A stretch of 64,000 nt of DNA. Origin: Bacteroidia bacterium (GTDB lineage Bacteria; Bacteroidota; Bacteroidia; AKYH767-A; OLB10). The notes under the pieces were generated by a model. It worked only from the letters and a program-made list of their open reading frames with translations, was not told the origin of the DNA and did no database searches. Shown piece by piece: positions 1-9,663 of this stretch (positions are counted from its first letter, which is position 1; every line of letters starts with the position of its first letter). The stretch is taken from contig JAEUTF010000183.1 of NCBI GenBank assembly GCA_016788185.1, positions 7,152 through 71,151 on the forward strand. Reading direction: 5' to 3'. Made by a program: the position numbers and the translations under genes.

Positions 1-1433
1 AAATCCGCATCGGCCAGCGCGTCGCCAACAATGGCACAGGTATCGTAAGCCGGGTGAAGCGTGCTGAATCCTTTCGGGGGAATGCGGTTGTCTTTTAAAT
101 GGGTATTGGCTCTTTCCAGAACGGTAGTGAAATTTCCGTTTACATCTCCCATGACCATTTCGTAAATCTGCGATTGCGAGGATTGATCAATGATGTTGTG
201 ATGATTTTCAAACACCGGGCTGATGTTCTGTACTTCGTAATTGTTGTCAAAAAGACCCGAAGCAAAGAGCGTATCGCCATTGGGCTTGAGCGCGATGAAC
301 TGTAAGACGGCTCTGCGTGAGGGATACCCGCTCGGAAATTTATGACCGGCTTTGTTGACCACTTGGGCACGGAAATAGGCGGTGTCCTGTCCCGTGCTGT
401 CATAATGGGCGTACAAATCGAGGGTCTGGTATTTCAGCAGTTGCGTGTTGGCGGCCAGTGTGGAGTCGAAGTTCCGGTCTGCCGCGTCAACCCCCAGGCT
501 CGTTTTGTTGTCTTTGATCAGCTGAACCATGAAACTGTTGGCGCCGGCAAAACTGTGCAGGTTGAAAGGCGTGCGGCCGGGCAGGGCAGTATAGCCATTG
601 GCAATTTTAACGGGGTCTTCCACCTTGGGCATATGGCACGACTGGCAGGTAAGCAACTCCACCGTCGGATAGTCTGAGTTCAGGTATTCGTGGTAGGTAG
701 CCTGTTCCACAAATGTGTTTCCGGTTGGATTGCCGCTGAGATCAACGGAGTTGGAGATGAGTGTATGGCAGGGGGAACAGGCCCTGCTTTCTCCGAGATG
801 TGCCCCGAACATGGGAGTGAGTCCGACGTACAGTTGCATGGGCCCGGTCATGGGTTGCGTGAAAGGCCCGTATACGATCCGATTCGTGTCGTAAGGAATC
901 TGTCCGGTAAAAAGTGAACCGAGGATGGAAGAGTCTTTGATGCCGTGGCAACTGTGGCAGCTGACGCCCGATTGTCCGAGTGAGTCGAGCGCGAGATCGG
1001 CCATGGTATAATGCGTCTGCCCTTTGTACATGGCCGTGTAATGTCCGAGCGGTGCATGACATTTGGTGCACAGGGTTTGAAGTTCAAGTGAGTGTGCCGT
1101 ATCCACCAGGATCTCATGGCTCACCTTGGCTTTCCAGAAGGGATCCACCCCGGCCAGGCCCATCATCGATGTTTCCCAATCGTCATAAAGATTAATGTCC
1201 ATGCCGTTGATGTCCACATTGGCCAGTCCCAGGCTGTCGAAACCATGACAGCCCCGGCAGTTTTGCGGAAGGGAGAAATACTGACCCGAATCGAGCGGGG
1301 GCAGGTAATGCGCTTTATAAAAGGAAATTTCTTCAGCGGAGTGAAAAGCTTTGCTCGTGTGGCCGGGAAACGGGCTGCGCAGCAGGATCACCAGTACAAA
1401 GAGTACCGATAAAACTGTTAAGTGGTTTTTCAT
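1..1433 (-). CDS. Multiheme c-type cytochrome, N-terminal ~477 aa; the ORF runs off the window start. A signal peptide (MKNHLTVLSVLFVLVILL) is followed by at least five CxxCH heme-binding motifs.
   Basis: ATG verified at 1433-1431 on the minus strand. The frame has no listed complete ORF, consistent with an open partial ORF. CRGCH (around 1259-1245) and CHSCH (around 959-945) were translated directly from the sequence; further CxxCH motifs (CTKCH, CSPCH, CQSCH) were read from the same frame by eye. Confidence 0.6.
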   Translation of the reverse strand, partial: MKNHLTVLSVLFVLVILLRSPFPGHTSKAFHSAEEISFYKAHYLPPLDSGQYFSLPQNCRGCHGFDSLGLANVDINGMDINLYDDWETSMMGLAGVDPFWKAKVSHEILVDTAHSLELQTLCTKCHAPLGHYTAMYKGQTHYTMADLALDSLGQSGVSCHSCHGIKDSSILGSLFTGQIPYDTNRIVYGPFTQPMTGPMQLYVGLTPMFGAHLGESRACSPCHTLISNSVDLSGNPTGNTFVEQATYHEYLNSDYPTVELLTCQSCHMPKVEDPVKIANGYTALPGRTPFNLHSFAGANSFMVQLIKDNKTSLGVDAADRNFDSTLAANTQLLKYQTLDLYAHYDSTGQDTAYFRAQVVNKAGHKFPSGYPSRRAVLQFIALKPNGDTLFASGLFDNNYEVQNISPVFENHHNIIDQSSQSQIYEMVMGDVNGNFTTVLERANTHLKDNRIPPKGFSTLHPAYDTCAIVGDALADAD

Positions 1434-1583
1434 TTTGGCAATTCGGGGAAAGGGTTTTACACTTGTGTGGAGTGTATTTATTCAACCAAATTAAGAAAAA
1501 CATCGTTTGTGTCAACCGCTTACCTGCAATTTCCTGCTACCGGTACCGCGTCGGGGCGTAGCAGGCGCTCTGCGGCATGTTTT

Positions 1584-2633
1584 TTACTTTTTCCAGGGTT
1601 GCCAGTTGTAGGTGTGGAGCTCTTTTACTGCAAAAGTTAAAAGGTCGATACAGTTTTGAATATCAGTCTTGTCGGCCATTTCTATAGCCTGATGGATGTG
1701 GCGCGTGGGTATGCTGATGGCTCCGGCAATAGCCCCGGTTTTACCATTTCGTTGTATGCCCGCAGTATCGGTACCTCCGGCAGGAAGAATTTCCGACTGC
1801 CATTTTATTTTGTGCTTATCGGCCGTTTTTCGGAGATAATCCACCATCCGGTTATCGCAAATGGTGCTGGAGTCCATGATCTTGATGCCGGCCCCCTTAC
1901 CCAGTTCCGTCACCATTTCATGAGGCCGGGCTCCCGGGGTATCAAAGGCAATCGTGGTATCGAGATTGATGCCGAAGTCGGGTTCAATGTGATGGGCGGC
2001 CACGGCGGCGCCGCGTAAACCCACTTCTTCCTGCACGGTGAAGCTGGCATAAAAATCATAGGGGAGGGGCCCTTTCAGCTTGCGGAGGGATTCGATGAGG
2101 ATGAAGACGGAAACGCGGTTGTCGATGGATTTGCAATTGACACAATTGCCCATTTCAATCAGCTCCCGTTGCCGGGTGACCGGATCTCCCACCCGGACCA
2201 GCTTGTTCACTTTGCTTTTCGGCAGCCCGAGGTCAATGAAATAATCCTGGATCTGCGGGGCCTTGTTCCGCTCTTCCGGGGTCATCAGGTGAACCGGTTT
2301 CGAGCCCATCACCCCCACCAGGTCGTCCTTGCCGTGTACGATCACACGCTGCGCGGTGAGCGTCTTCGGATCGAAACCGCCCAGGGTATGGAAACGGAGG
2401 AATCCTTTGTCGTCGATGTGCGTAACGATAAAACCGATTTCATCCATGTGCGCGGCGGCCATCACTTTCTTTCGCTCACGCCCGCGCCTTACCGCTGTCA
2501 CATTCCCCATCTTGTCAATGCTCACCTCGTCGGCCAGCGGTTTAAGTTCTTTCAGCACAATGTCGCGGACGAGGTGCTCATGGCCCGGGGCGCCGGGTGT
2601 TTCACAAATCAGTTTTAGCAATGACAGGTTCAT
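1584..2633 (-). CDS. M42 family metallopeptidase (glutamyl aminopeptidase / FrvX-like)
   Basis: 349 aa ORF with ATG at 2633-2631. The HMDEIGF motif and overall composition are typical of the M42 family. Confidence 0.75.
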   Translation of the reverse strand: MNLSLLKLICETPGAPGHEHLVRDIVLKELKPLADEVSIDKMGNVTAVRRGRERKKVMAAAHMDEIGFIVTHIDDKGFLRFHTLGGFDPKTLTAQRVIVHGKDDLVGVMGSKPVHLMTPEERNKAPQIQDYFIDLGLPKSKVNKLVRVGDPVTRQRELIEMGNCVNCKSIDNRVSVFILIESLRKLKGPLPYDFYASFTVQEEVGLRGAAVAAHHIEPDFGINLDTTIAFDTPGARPHEMVTELGKGAGIKIMDSSTICDNRMVDYLRKTADKHKIKWQSEILPAGGTDTAGIQRNGKTGAIAGAISIPTRHIHQAIEMADKTDIQNCIDLLTFAVKELHTYNWQPWKK

Positions 2634-2738
2634 GGAGAGGACAATAAGTGTCCTAAGGTAGAAAAAATATCTATGCCTGCTTCCGGGCCTGCTGGCGGGT
2701 ACCTTTCACGTCCGCAACGAAGGGGGCGTCGTGGCGGT

Positions 2739-4172
2739 CTATTCTATTTTTGTCAGCTTTAGGGTGTTGGCCGTGGCGCGTTCCTGAAGGGGCGTACTGG
2801 CAATGTGAATGATGTAATGTCCCTTGTCCACCAGCTTCCGGTCAACGAGGTATTTTTTGATATCGGCGATGGTAATGTCGGTGCTTTCATATTTATCGTA
2901 GTAAAAACCCCGTATCCCCCATACCAGGTTCAGGGTTTTCAGCAGGGGCTCGTTGTCCGTGAAAATGTAAATGAAAGACCTGGGACGGTGCGCTGCAATC
3001 TTGAATGCCGTGGTACCCGAGTGGGTCATGGCCACAATGGCTTCCGCTTCGGTTTGCTTGGCCATCACCGCCGAAATGTAGCAGATGTTTTCCGGGATAA
3101 AGTTGGGGGAGTCGTTTGCCGGGGCATGTTCCCTGTAATACACCACGTCCTGTTCCTCCACTTCCTTGATGATTTTGTACATGGCATTGATGGTCTCCAC
3201 CGGAAATACCCCCACCGAGGTTTCCGCGCTCAGCATCAGGGCGTCGGCTCCGTCAAACACAGCATTGCCCACATCGTTGGCCTCGGCCCGAGTAGGGCGG
3301 TAATTCGTAATCATGCTTTCCATCATCTGGGTGGCAATGATAACGGGCTTGGCCGCCTGGTTGCATTTCCTGACAATCGATTTCTGGATCACCGGAACTT
3401 TTTCCATGGCCATTTCCACACCAAGGTCGCCACGCGCCACCATGATCGCGTCGGAGACCTGGATGATGCGGTCGATGTTTTTCACTGCCTCCGGTTTTTC
3501 GATCTTGGCGATCACCCTGGTGCGGCTTTTCTTCGCCCGGATGTGTTGCCGGAGCTCTTCCACGTCTTCCGCTTTGCGTACAAACGACAGTCCGATCCAC
3601 TCCACTTCATGCTGAAGGGCGAATTCCAGGTCGCTGCGGTCTTTTTCGGTAAGGCTGGGCAGTGAGATCTCGGTGTTGGGCAGGTTGACGCCTTTGCGTG
3701 AACTGAGCGGACCTCCGTGCAGTACCCTGGTCCTCACCCGTTCGTCGGTCAGGATCTCCGTCACTTCCAGTTCAATCTTGCCATCGTCCACCAGCACTTT
3801 GTCTCCCTTCTTTACATCTTTATAAAACTGCGGGTATTTGATAAAGACCTCCTGTCGGGTACCGGGCACTTCGCGGTGATTCAGCAGGAGTTCATCACCG
3901 TCACGCAGGATGATGTCTTTTTCTTCCAGATCGCCAATGCGGATTTTAGGGCCCTGAAGATCAAACAGGATCGCGATGTGGGTATTGAGCTTCTTGTTCA
4001 GTTTACGGATCGTGCGGATGATGTTTTCCATCATGGCATAATCGCCATGCGAACTGTTGATGCGGCATACGTCCATGCCGGCAAAAATCATTTTTTCTAG
4101 CACCTCTTCGCTGATACTGGCAGGGCCAATGGTGGCGATGATTTTGGTGCGGTTATATCGGTTTACTATCAT
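2739..4172 (-). CDS. pyk: Pyruvate kinase
   Basis: 477 aa. The N-terminus KIIATIGPAS and the sequence throughout are typical of pyruvate kinase. ATG at 4172-4170 overlaps the upstream gene's stop as ATGA. Confidence 0.9.
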   Translation of the reverse strand: MIVNRYNRTKIIATIGPASISEEVLEKMIFAGMDVCRINSSHGDYAMMENIIRTIRKLNKKLNTHIAILFDLQGPKIRIGDLEEKDIILRDGDELLLNHREVPGTRQEVFIKYPQFYKDVKKGDKVLVDDGKIELEVTEILTDERVRTRVLHGGPLSSRKGVNLPNTEISLPSLTEKDRSDLEFALQHEVEWIGLSFVRKAEDVEELRQHIRAKKSRTRVIAKIEKPEAVKNIDRIIQVSDAIMVARGDLGVEMAMEKVPVIQKSIVRKCNQAAKPVIIATQMMESMITNYRPTRAEANDVGNAVFDGADALMLSAETSVGVFPVETINAMYKIIKEVEEQDVVYYREHAPANDSPNFIPENICYISAVMAKQTEAEAIVAMTHSGTTAFKIAAHRPRSFIYIFTDNEPLLKTLNLVWGIRGFYYDKYESTDITIADIKKYLVDRKLVDKGHYIIHIASTPLQERATANTLKLTKIE

Positions 4173-4648
4173 ATGACCGGTGGTAGTTTTGGTTTTTCTT
4201 CTTCCGTATCCGGAACAGGCTCGAACAGCAGAAAGTTTTCCGCTGATTTCAATTCGCCGGCCGGAATCTCAACAGCACTGGTGACAATGCGCAGGCTGAG
4301 GATTTTTTTCAGTAGCTTTTCGGAAGACGTATAACGGCTTTGGTTTTTGATGAGCAGGAAAAAGTCCGCCTGCCTGAGTTCAGGAATAAAATGTCCGGTG
4401 CTGCCCCTGTTGGAAACCAGGTACATTTCTTCCTCGTCTTCGGTCAGACAATAGAAATAGGGGAACAGGCCCGTTGAACCTTTTTTATCCATTTTCATTT
4501 CCAGGTCGGCCATGCGTTGCAGGCCGGAGCCCAGCGCCCTGTTGAGTTCAAAGCAGAGCTTGTAATCCCGGTACGCGCAATAAATAGCCAGGAGCAGGAA
4601 ATCATAGTCTGGCGTGAATTCAAGGGTAAAAGTCTGTTTCCTGGCCAT
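4169..4648 (-). CDS. Small conserved protein, likely the Bacteroidota 'IPExxxVDY family'; translationally coupled to pyk
   Basis: 159 aa ORF containing IPELRQADFF. Its stop overlaps the pyk ATG in an ATGA arrangement. The family assignment is from memory of RefSeq naming, not a search. Confidence 0.4.
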   Translation of the reverse strand: MARKQTFTLEFTPDYDFLLLAIYCAYRDYKLCFELNRALGSGLQRMADLEMKMDKKGSTGLFPYFYCLTEDEEEMYLVSNRGSTGHFIPELRQADFFLLIKNQSRYTSSEKLLKKILSLRIVTSAVEIPAGELKSAENFLLFEPVPDTEEEKPKLPPVI

Positions 4649-4828
4649 GGCTCAAAATTAGCCGGCCCTGCGGGCTGCAGGATTATCGATTCATGAAGAA
4701 TGAAAGTAGTTCTCAACAGCCCTCGTGTAAATCAGCAGGCCTTCAGGCCGGTGTTTATCCAGCCATTCCGGAGTCTCCGGAGGCAAGATTAAAGTCCGCC
4801 TTTTTTGTAAAGGGTTTACCTTCGCGTC

Positions 4829-5272
4829 ATGGTACTGGACGATGAGTATTTTATGCGCGCCGCGCTGACCGAGGCAAAAGCGGCCTTGGCCCTGGATGAA
4901 GTGCCGATCGGGGCCGTCATCGTGGCCGGTGGAAAGATCATCGCCCGGGGCCATAACCTGGTGGAACGTCTCAACGATGTAACGGCACATGCCGAAATGA
5001 TGGCATTTACGGCGGCGGCACAGAGCCTCGGAGGGAAATACCTGAAAGACTGTACTTTGTATGTTACCCTGGAGCCTTGCCCGATGTGTGCCGGTGCTGC
5101 TTTCTGGAGCCAGCTCAGCCGGCTGGTGTTTGGTGCTGCGGACCCGAAAAGAGGTTTTTCCTTGCTGGAGGATTCAAAAAAAATACTCCATCCCGGTACA
5201 GAAGTCAGGTCTGGAGTGCTGGAAGCCGATTGTTCGGCCTTACTCAAAGATTATTTCCGCTCGAAGCGCTGA
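4829..5272 (+). CDS. tadA: tRNA-specific adenosine deaminase
   Basis: 147 aa with HAE (TAHAEMMAF) and PCPMC zinc-binding motifs. ATG at 4829. Confidence 0.85.
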   Translation: MVLDDEYFMRAALTEAKAALALDEVPIGAVIVAGGKIIARGHNLVERLNDVTAHAEMMAFTAAAQSLGGKYLKDCTLYVTLEPCPMCAGAAFWSQLSRLVFGAADPKRGFSLLEDSKKILHPGTEVRSGVLEADCSALLKDYFRSKR

Positions 5273-5713
5273 TCAGACATGAATGGCCTGGAGCACCTGG
5301 GCCGAAAGCGGCTTGTTCAGAAATTTGCGGACATAGGGATTTTTGTTGGCGCGGTTCAGATCCTTGAAGCTTTCGGAGGTCGACAGCATGATCACTTTGA
5401 TGCTCATCCGCTGTTCTTCAGGGAGTTTCTGAAACTCATCCAGGAACTGGAAGCCATCCATATGGGGCATCATGATGTCCAGAAAAATGACTTCCGGCCA
5501 GGCTTCGGACGATGCCATCTTTAGGAACTGAAGGGCTTCGGCCGCCTCCTGGTAAACATGGGCTTTTTCGGCAAAGCCATTGCTTTCCACCAGTTTCTTG
5601 TTAATGAAATTGTCGAGCGAGTTGTCGTCGATCAACATGACCGTATGGTATCTTGCCTTCCCGTTGGTGTTTTTCTGCTCTGGGGTCGTACTGCTCAAAG
5701 TCTGGCTGCTCAT
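5273..5713 (-). CDS. Single-domain (receiver-only) response regulator, CheY-like
   Basis: 146 aa. REC domain acidic pocket (LIDDN), phospho-acceptor D (FLDIMMP) and conserved T (IMLST) are present. There is no output domain and no kinase gene adjacent. Confidence 0.75.
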   Translation of the reverse strand: MSSQTLSSTTPEQKNTNGKARYHTVMLIDDNSLDNFINKKLVESNGFAEKAHVYQEAAEALQFLKMASSEAWPEVIFLDIMMPHMDGFQFLDEFQKLPEEQRMSIKVIMLSTSESFKDLNRANKNPYVRKFLNKPLSAQVLQAIHV

Positions 5714-5970
5714 AGTAATGTGCTCTTCGTGTGGTTTTTCTTTTGTTTCTGATGGTGGTGTCGGAAGGTTGTGTTATGGATTGAAACGCCTCCTGCCCTT
5801 TTCGGTTAGCCGAATTTTGCCTTTGTCTTACATCGTTCTTGCATATCATCTTACAGATCTTACAGGATCGGGTAATTTTTCAACCTTTCCTCTGACGGAA
5901 AGGCTAAAAACAGGAACAGCTGGCCTCCGGCCAACTGCTCCCTTCAAACCAACCAACAGCCTAACAGGTA

Positions 5971-6324
5971 TTAACCTGCCATCCGAAGCTTTTGTTGAAC
6001 CGTCTCCGGCACCACGGTTTCCACGTGATAGCCATAGAGACCCACATATCCTGCCTCGGGATAAGGAACCATGTCAAACCAGATGTTTAATCCGCTGAAG
6101 GTCACCTTGCACTCCGTCGGCGTCTTTTCATTGAACGCGAATTTGATTTCGGGATAAGACTTGAGGATGGCCGCCGGGATTTTGGCCCCTTTGCGGCACT
6201 TCCATTCCCCGAGCAAAGGAAGAGCTGTTAAATTAGAATCGATCAGGCGTTTGTTGTAGTCGAATCGCATTACTGGGAATGCGTCGCGCAGATCATCGGT
6301 AGTAGTTCTTTTTGTTTTTTTCAT
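5971..6324 (-). CDS. Hypothetical protein (117 aa), no recognised family
   Basis: Complete ORF with ATG at 6324-6322. It lies 257 nt upstream of the response regulator on the same strand. Confidence 0.4.
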   Translation of the reverse strand: MKKTKRTTTDDLRDAFPVMRFDYNKRLIDSNLTALPLLGEWKCRKGAKIPAAILKSYPEIKFAFNEKTPTECKVTFSGLNIWFDMVPYPEAGYVGLYGYHVETVVPETVQQKLRMAG

Positions 6325-6468
6325 GTGTTGTATTGACTGGCTTGCAATGCAATGTTACGGCAGGGCTCCCGCCCCATGCGGCCAAAATCAGCGGGAAACT
6401 TACAGGCGGTTTGCAGCATTGCCTCCGGCCTTCGTACCTTTGTAGCGGATTTTAAAAACATACGATAT

Positions 6469-6900
6469 ATGCCATACCCTGAACAACTATGCGCACCCAT
6501 GCGCAAAGAGCTCACCAGCATAGGATTTGCAGAGCTGAAAGACAGTATTGAAGTGGATACTCAGATTCCGCAATCGAAAGGGACCACCCTGCTCGTGGTG
6601 AATTCTGTTTGCGGATGTGCTGCAGGAGCGGCCCGTCCCGGTGTTCGTCTGGCGCTCCTTAAGTCCGAAAGCAAGCCCGACAACCTCCTGACCGTGTTTG
6701 CCGGACAAGACGTGGAAGCTACCGCGCAGGCCCGCAAATACCTGGCCCCCTATCCGCCCTCTTCACCCTGCATCGCGCTGTTCAAAGACGGCCGCCTGGT
6801 GCACATGGTGGAGCGTCATCACATTGAAGGGCATTCGGCAGAAATGATTGCTGAAAATCTGAATGCCGCCTTCGACGAATTTTGCGCCGTAAAAGCGTAA
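6469..6900 (+). CDS. BrxA/BrxB (YphP/YqiW, DUF1094)-like bacilliredoxin / thioredoxin-fold protein with a CGC redox motif
   Basis: The ATG at 6469 is in frame with the longer track ORF starting at 6352. VVNSVCGCAAGAARP is characteristic of the CGC bacilliredoxin family. Family recalled, not searched. Confidence 0.5.
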   Translation: MPYPEQLCAPMRKELTSIGFAELKDSIEVDTQIPQSKGTTLLVVNSVCGCAAGAARPGVRLALLKSESKPDNLLTVFAGQDVEATAQARKYLAPYPPSSPCIALFKDGRLVHMVERHHIEGHSAEMIAENLNAAFDEFCAVKA

Positions 6901-6919
6901 AGGTATTTTGTAATCTTAC

Positions 6920-6950
6920 AAAAAACGGCCTCCCAAGGGCCGTTTTTTGT
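6920..6950. terminator. Bidirectional rho-independent terminator between the convergent brx-like and plsC genes
   Basis: aaaaaACGGCCtcccaagGGCCGTtttttt: a 6-bp GC stem with a 7-nt loop, flanked by an A-tract and a T-tract. Confidence 0.6.
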
Positions 6951-6990
6951 GCTTTAGAGCCCTCGGGGGGCATTAAAAAATCGACTTACA

Positions 6991-7965
6991 TTATTTGGCG
7001 GGCGCTTGTGGTTCCCGGCACAGGGAAAAAGCGCAACGGCCTTCTTTTTCAAGGGTATTCCGGATGATTGCGCGTACCTGGTCGCGAAGGGCATTGGCAT
7101 CGTGCTCGGTAAGTCCCGCCGTGGGGATGGGCCGGTGAACGACAATCCTGGAAATGCCCGGGCGTACCAACATGCGCTGCTGGTTGTTGTCGGGGAAGAT
7201 ACTCCAGTTGTCGAGAAACGTAATGGGAACAATGGGTACCTGCATCTCGATGGCCAGACGGAAGGCTCCGTTTTTGAAAGGTCCCAATTCCGGTGAACAG
7301 GGAGGGATAGTGGCCTCCGGAAAGATGGCCAGGCTGATTCCCTTTTTCAGGTCGTTACGCGCGCGTTTGTAGGCCTTGTGCGAATCTTTGATGCTGCTAC
7401 GGTCCACCGAAATGTTCATCTTTTTAAAAAAGATACCAAACATCGGTACATTCCTCAGTTCTGCTTTCCCCATAAAGTGGAAGTAATTGGGGAAGGCGAT
7501 GTTGGCCGTCAGAATATCAAGGTACGAACTGTGATTGGGCGTGATGATATACGCCTGATCCGGATCCAGTTCCGACTCCCGGCGGATACTATACCAAATT
7601 CCGGTGGTCAGCAGAATCCAGTGCGCCCATATCTTTTTAAGTTTCCAGGCATAGATAAACCACGATTCGCGGCTTAAAAGGAGCATAAAAACCGGGTAAA
7701 GCGGAAGAAAGAAGATGAAGCCGCTCAGGAAGAACCACAGACACCAGATTCTTCTAAGAAGGAACGACGCATATTTCACAGGGGCAAAGATACCAAAGTA
7801 TTTTTCTTCCATTAATTTCACCGTATGAATCGCCTGAATATCAAGCATTGGTTCGGGTTCTGGTCGGCCGCTTTTCTCCGTGTGCATCAGCATCCCATCT
7901 TTACAAAATACAGGCAGCGCTACCCTCGTCTTTTCCGGTTTATCAGCCTTCGCTTTGATCCGCAC
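6991..7965 (-). CDS. plsC: 1-acyl-sn-glycerol-3-phosphate (lysophospholipid) acyltransferase, PlsC family
   Basis: HX4D motif (NHSSYLD) and FPEATIPP motif. The true start is probably an internal ATG (M40 near 7848 or M52 near 7812), because the longest ORF overlaps the divergent PAP2 gene. Confidence 0.7.
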   Translation of the reverse strand: MRIKAKADKPEKTRVALPVFCKDGMLMHTEKSGRPEPEPMLDIQAIHTVKLMEEKYFGIFAPVKYASFLLRRIWCLWFFLSGFIFFLPLYPVFMLLLSRESWFIYAWKLKKIWAHWILLTTGIWYSIRRESELDPDQAYIITPNHSSYLDILTANIAFPNYFHFMGKAELRNVPMFGIFFKKMNISVDRSSIKDSHKAYKRARNDLKKGISLAIFPEATIPPCSPELGPFKNGAFRLAIEMQVPIVPITFLDNWSIFPDNNQQRMLVRPGISRIVVHRPIPTAGLTEHDANALRDQVRAIIRNTLEKEGRCAFSLCREPQAPAK

Positions 7966-7989
7966 CGCTTTCGCGGTTTGCCCCTAACG

Positions 7990-8613
7990 ATGTTTCTGCT
8001 GGGTTTAGTACTCAATGCTTTCATTCTTTCGGAAATGGCGGAGGAATTGAGAGAGGCCAGCCGCCTGCGCAATGTCGATCGGCTGCTTGCGCAATACTTT
8101 TACGTTAACCGTCACGAAGGCCTGGCTCAGTTCATCTATCGTTTTACGCGCCTGGGCAGTTCACCCACGGTCCTGACAGTCCTGGCGGCGCTTGGCTTTC
8201 TGCTCCTGCGCAGGAACCGCTTTCATGCGTTCGCGGCGATCGTGGCGTCCTTGTGTACCAGTTCCCTGAGTGCCTACGCCGGTAAAGTATACTACCAGGT
8301 ACCCCGGCCGCATGAACTGGCATGGTATGAAGAGTTTTCCTATTCTTTTCCGAGCGGACATGCCACGGTGGCCATGGCCTATTACGGAATTCTGTTTTAC
8401 CTGCTGGTGATGTACATGAAAGATAAACGCTTTAAAATAGGAATCAGCCTGCTGGCTGCGTTGTTCATTTTTGCAATGGGATTCAGCAGGGTGTACCTGG
8501 GGGTGCATTACCTCAGTGACGTGCTCAGTGGTTTTGCCATAGGATTTGTCTGGCTTTTGTTTTCCATCGCCCTGCTCTCCTGGCTCGATTTCAGGAGGGA
8601 ACTCCGTTCCTAA
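7990..8613 (+). CDS. PAP2 family phosphatase (phosphatidic acid / undecaprenyl-PP phosphatase-like)
   Basis: KX6RP (KVYYQVPRP), PSGH and SRX5HX3D (SRVYLGVHYLSD) motifs. The ATG at 7990 was chosen to avoid a 140-nt overlap with plsC; the track start at 7825 is a possible alternative. Confidence 0.7.
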   Translation: MFLLGLVLNAFILSEMAEELREASRLRNVDRLLAQYFYVNRHEGLAQFIYRFTRLGSSPTVLTVLAALGFLLLRRNRFHAFAAIVASLCTSSLSAYAGKVYYQVPRPHELAWYEEFSYSFPSGHATVAMAYYGILFYLLVMYMKDKRFKIGISLLAALFIFAMGFSRVYLGVHYLSDVLSGFAIGFVWLLFSIALLSWLDFRRELRS

Positions 8614-8642
8614 ATACGGGAAAGCCCTATCTTCGCGGCACG

Positions 8643-9635
8643 ATGGAAACAGTAGTCAGCGGAATTCGCAGCACAGGAAATCTACACCTGGGAAATTATT
8701 TCGGCGCCATGAAAAATTTCCTGCGCATGCAGGAGGAGTACAATTGTTTTTTCTTCATTGCCGATTACCATTCACTCACCACACATCCGGATCCGGAAAA
8801 TCTGAAGGGGCACGTCAGGCAGGTGCTGGCCGAATACCTTGCCTGCGGACTCAATCCTGAAAAGTGTACCTTGTATATCCAGAGCGATGTGCCGGAAGTG
8901 GCGGAGTTGTATCTCCTGCTCAACATGAATGCTTACCTGGGAGAACTGGAACGGGCCACCACCTTTAAAGAGAAGGCGCGTAAACATCCGGATAATATCA
9001 ATGCCGGGTTGCTGACCTATCCCGTGCTCATGGCCGCCGACATTCTGCTGCACAAAGCCGCCAAGGTGCCTGTCGGAAAAGACCAGGAACAACACCTGGA
9101 AATGACCCGTCAGTTTGGAAACCGTTTTAACAGGATGTACCGGGTCGATTATTTTCCCGAGCCTGTTGCTTTCAATTTCGGCGGGCAACTGGTGAAAGTG
9201 CCGGGCCTGGATGGCAGCGGTAAAATGGGAAAGTCGGAAGGAGAGGGGAATGCGGTATTTCTTTTTGATACCGACGAGGCCATCCGGAAAAAAGTGATGC
9301 GCGCGGTTTCCGACTCGGGCCCCACCGAACCCGACAGTCCGAAGTCAGAAGCCATTCAGAATCTGTTCACGCTGATGAGCCTGGTATCAGACGCGGAAAC
9401 CTTAAAATCGTTCGAGGAGGCCTATAACCACTGCACCATCCGTTATGGCGACATGAAGAAGCAACTGGCGGAAGATATGATTCGTTTTGTTCGTCCCTTG
9501 CGGGAGCGAATTGCCGACACCCTTCAAAATGAAAAATTGCTCGGGGAGGTGATGAAAACGGGAAGGGAAAAGGCGAGGGAATCCGCAGCGAAAACCGTAA
9601 AGGAAGTAAGGGAACTGATGGGGATCAGGTATTGA
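8643..9635 (+). CDS. trpS: Tryptophan--tRNA ligase
   Basis: 330 aa with HIGH-like HLGN and KMSKS-like KMGKS motifs. Confidence 0.95.
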   Translation: METVVSGIRSTGNLHLGNYFGAMKNFLRMQEEYNCFFFIADYHSLTTHPDPENLKGHVRQVLAEYLACGLNPEKCTLYIQSDVPEVAELYLLLNMNAYLGELERATTFKEKARKHPDNINAGLLTYPVLMAADILLHKAAKVPVGKDQEQHLEMTRQFGNRFNRMYRVDYFPEPVAFNFGGQLVKVPGLDGSGKMGKSEGEGNAVFLFDTDEAIRKKVMRAVSDSGPTEPDSPKSEAIQNLFTLMSLVSDAETLKSFEEAYNHCTIRYGDMKKQLAEDMIRFVRPLRERIADTLQNEKLLGEVMKTGREKARESAAKTVKEVRELMGIRY

Positions 9636-9663
9636 TCCTTTTGATGGCGAATCCGGTTTGGGT

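Noticed and set aside
7825-7989. Longer PAP2 start (track ORF 7825) overlapping plsC by 140 nt
   Set aside because: Long divergent overlaps are unlikely. The ATG at 7990 gives a normal-length PAP2, and plsC probably starts at an internal ATG, though I could not resolve this from sequence alone.
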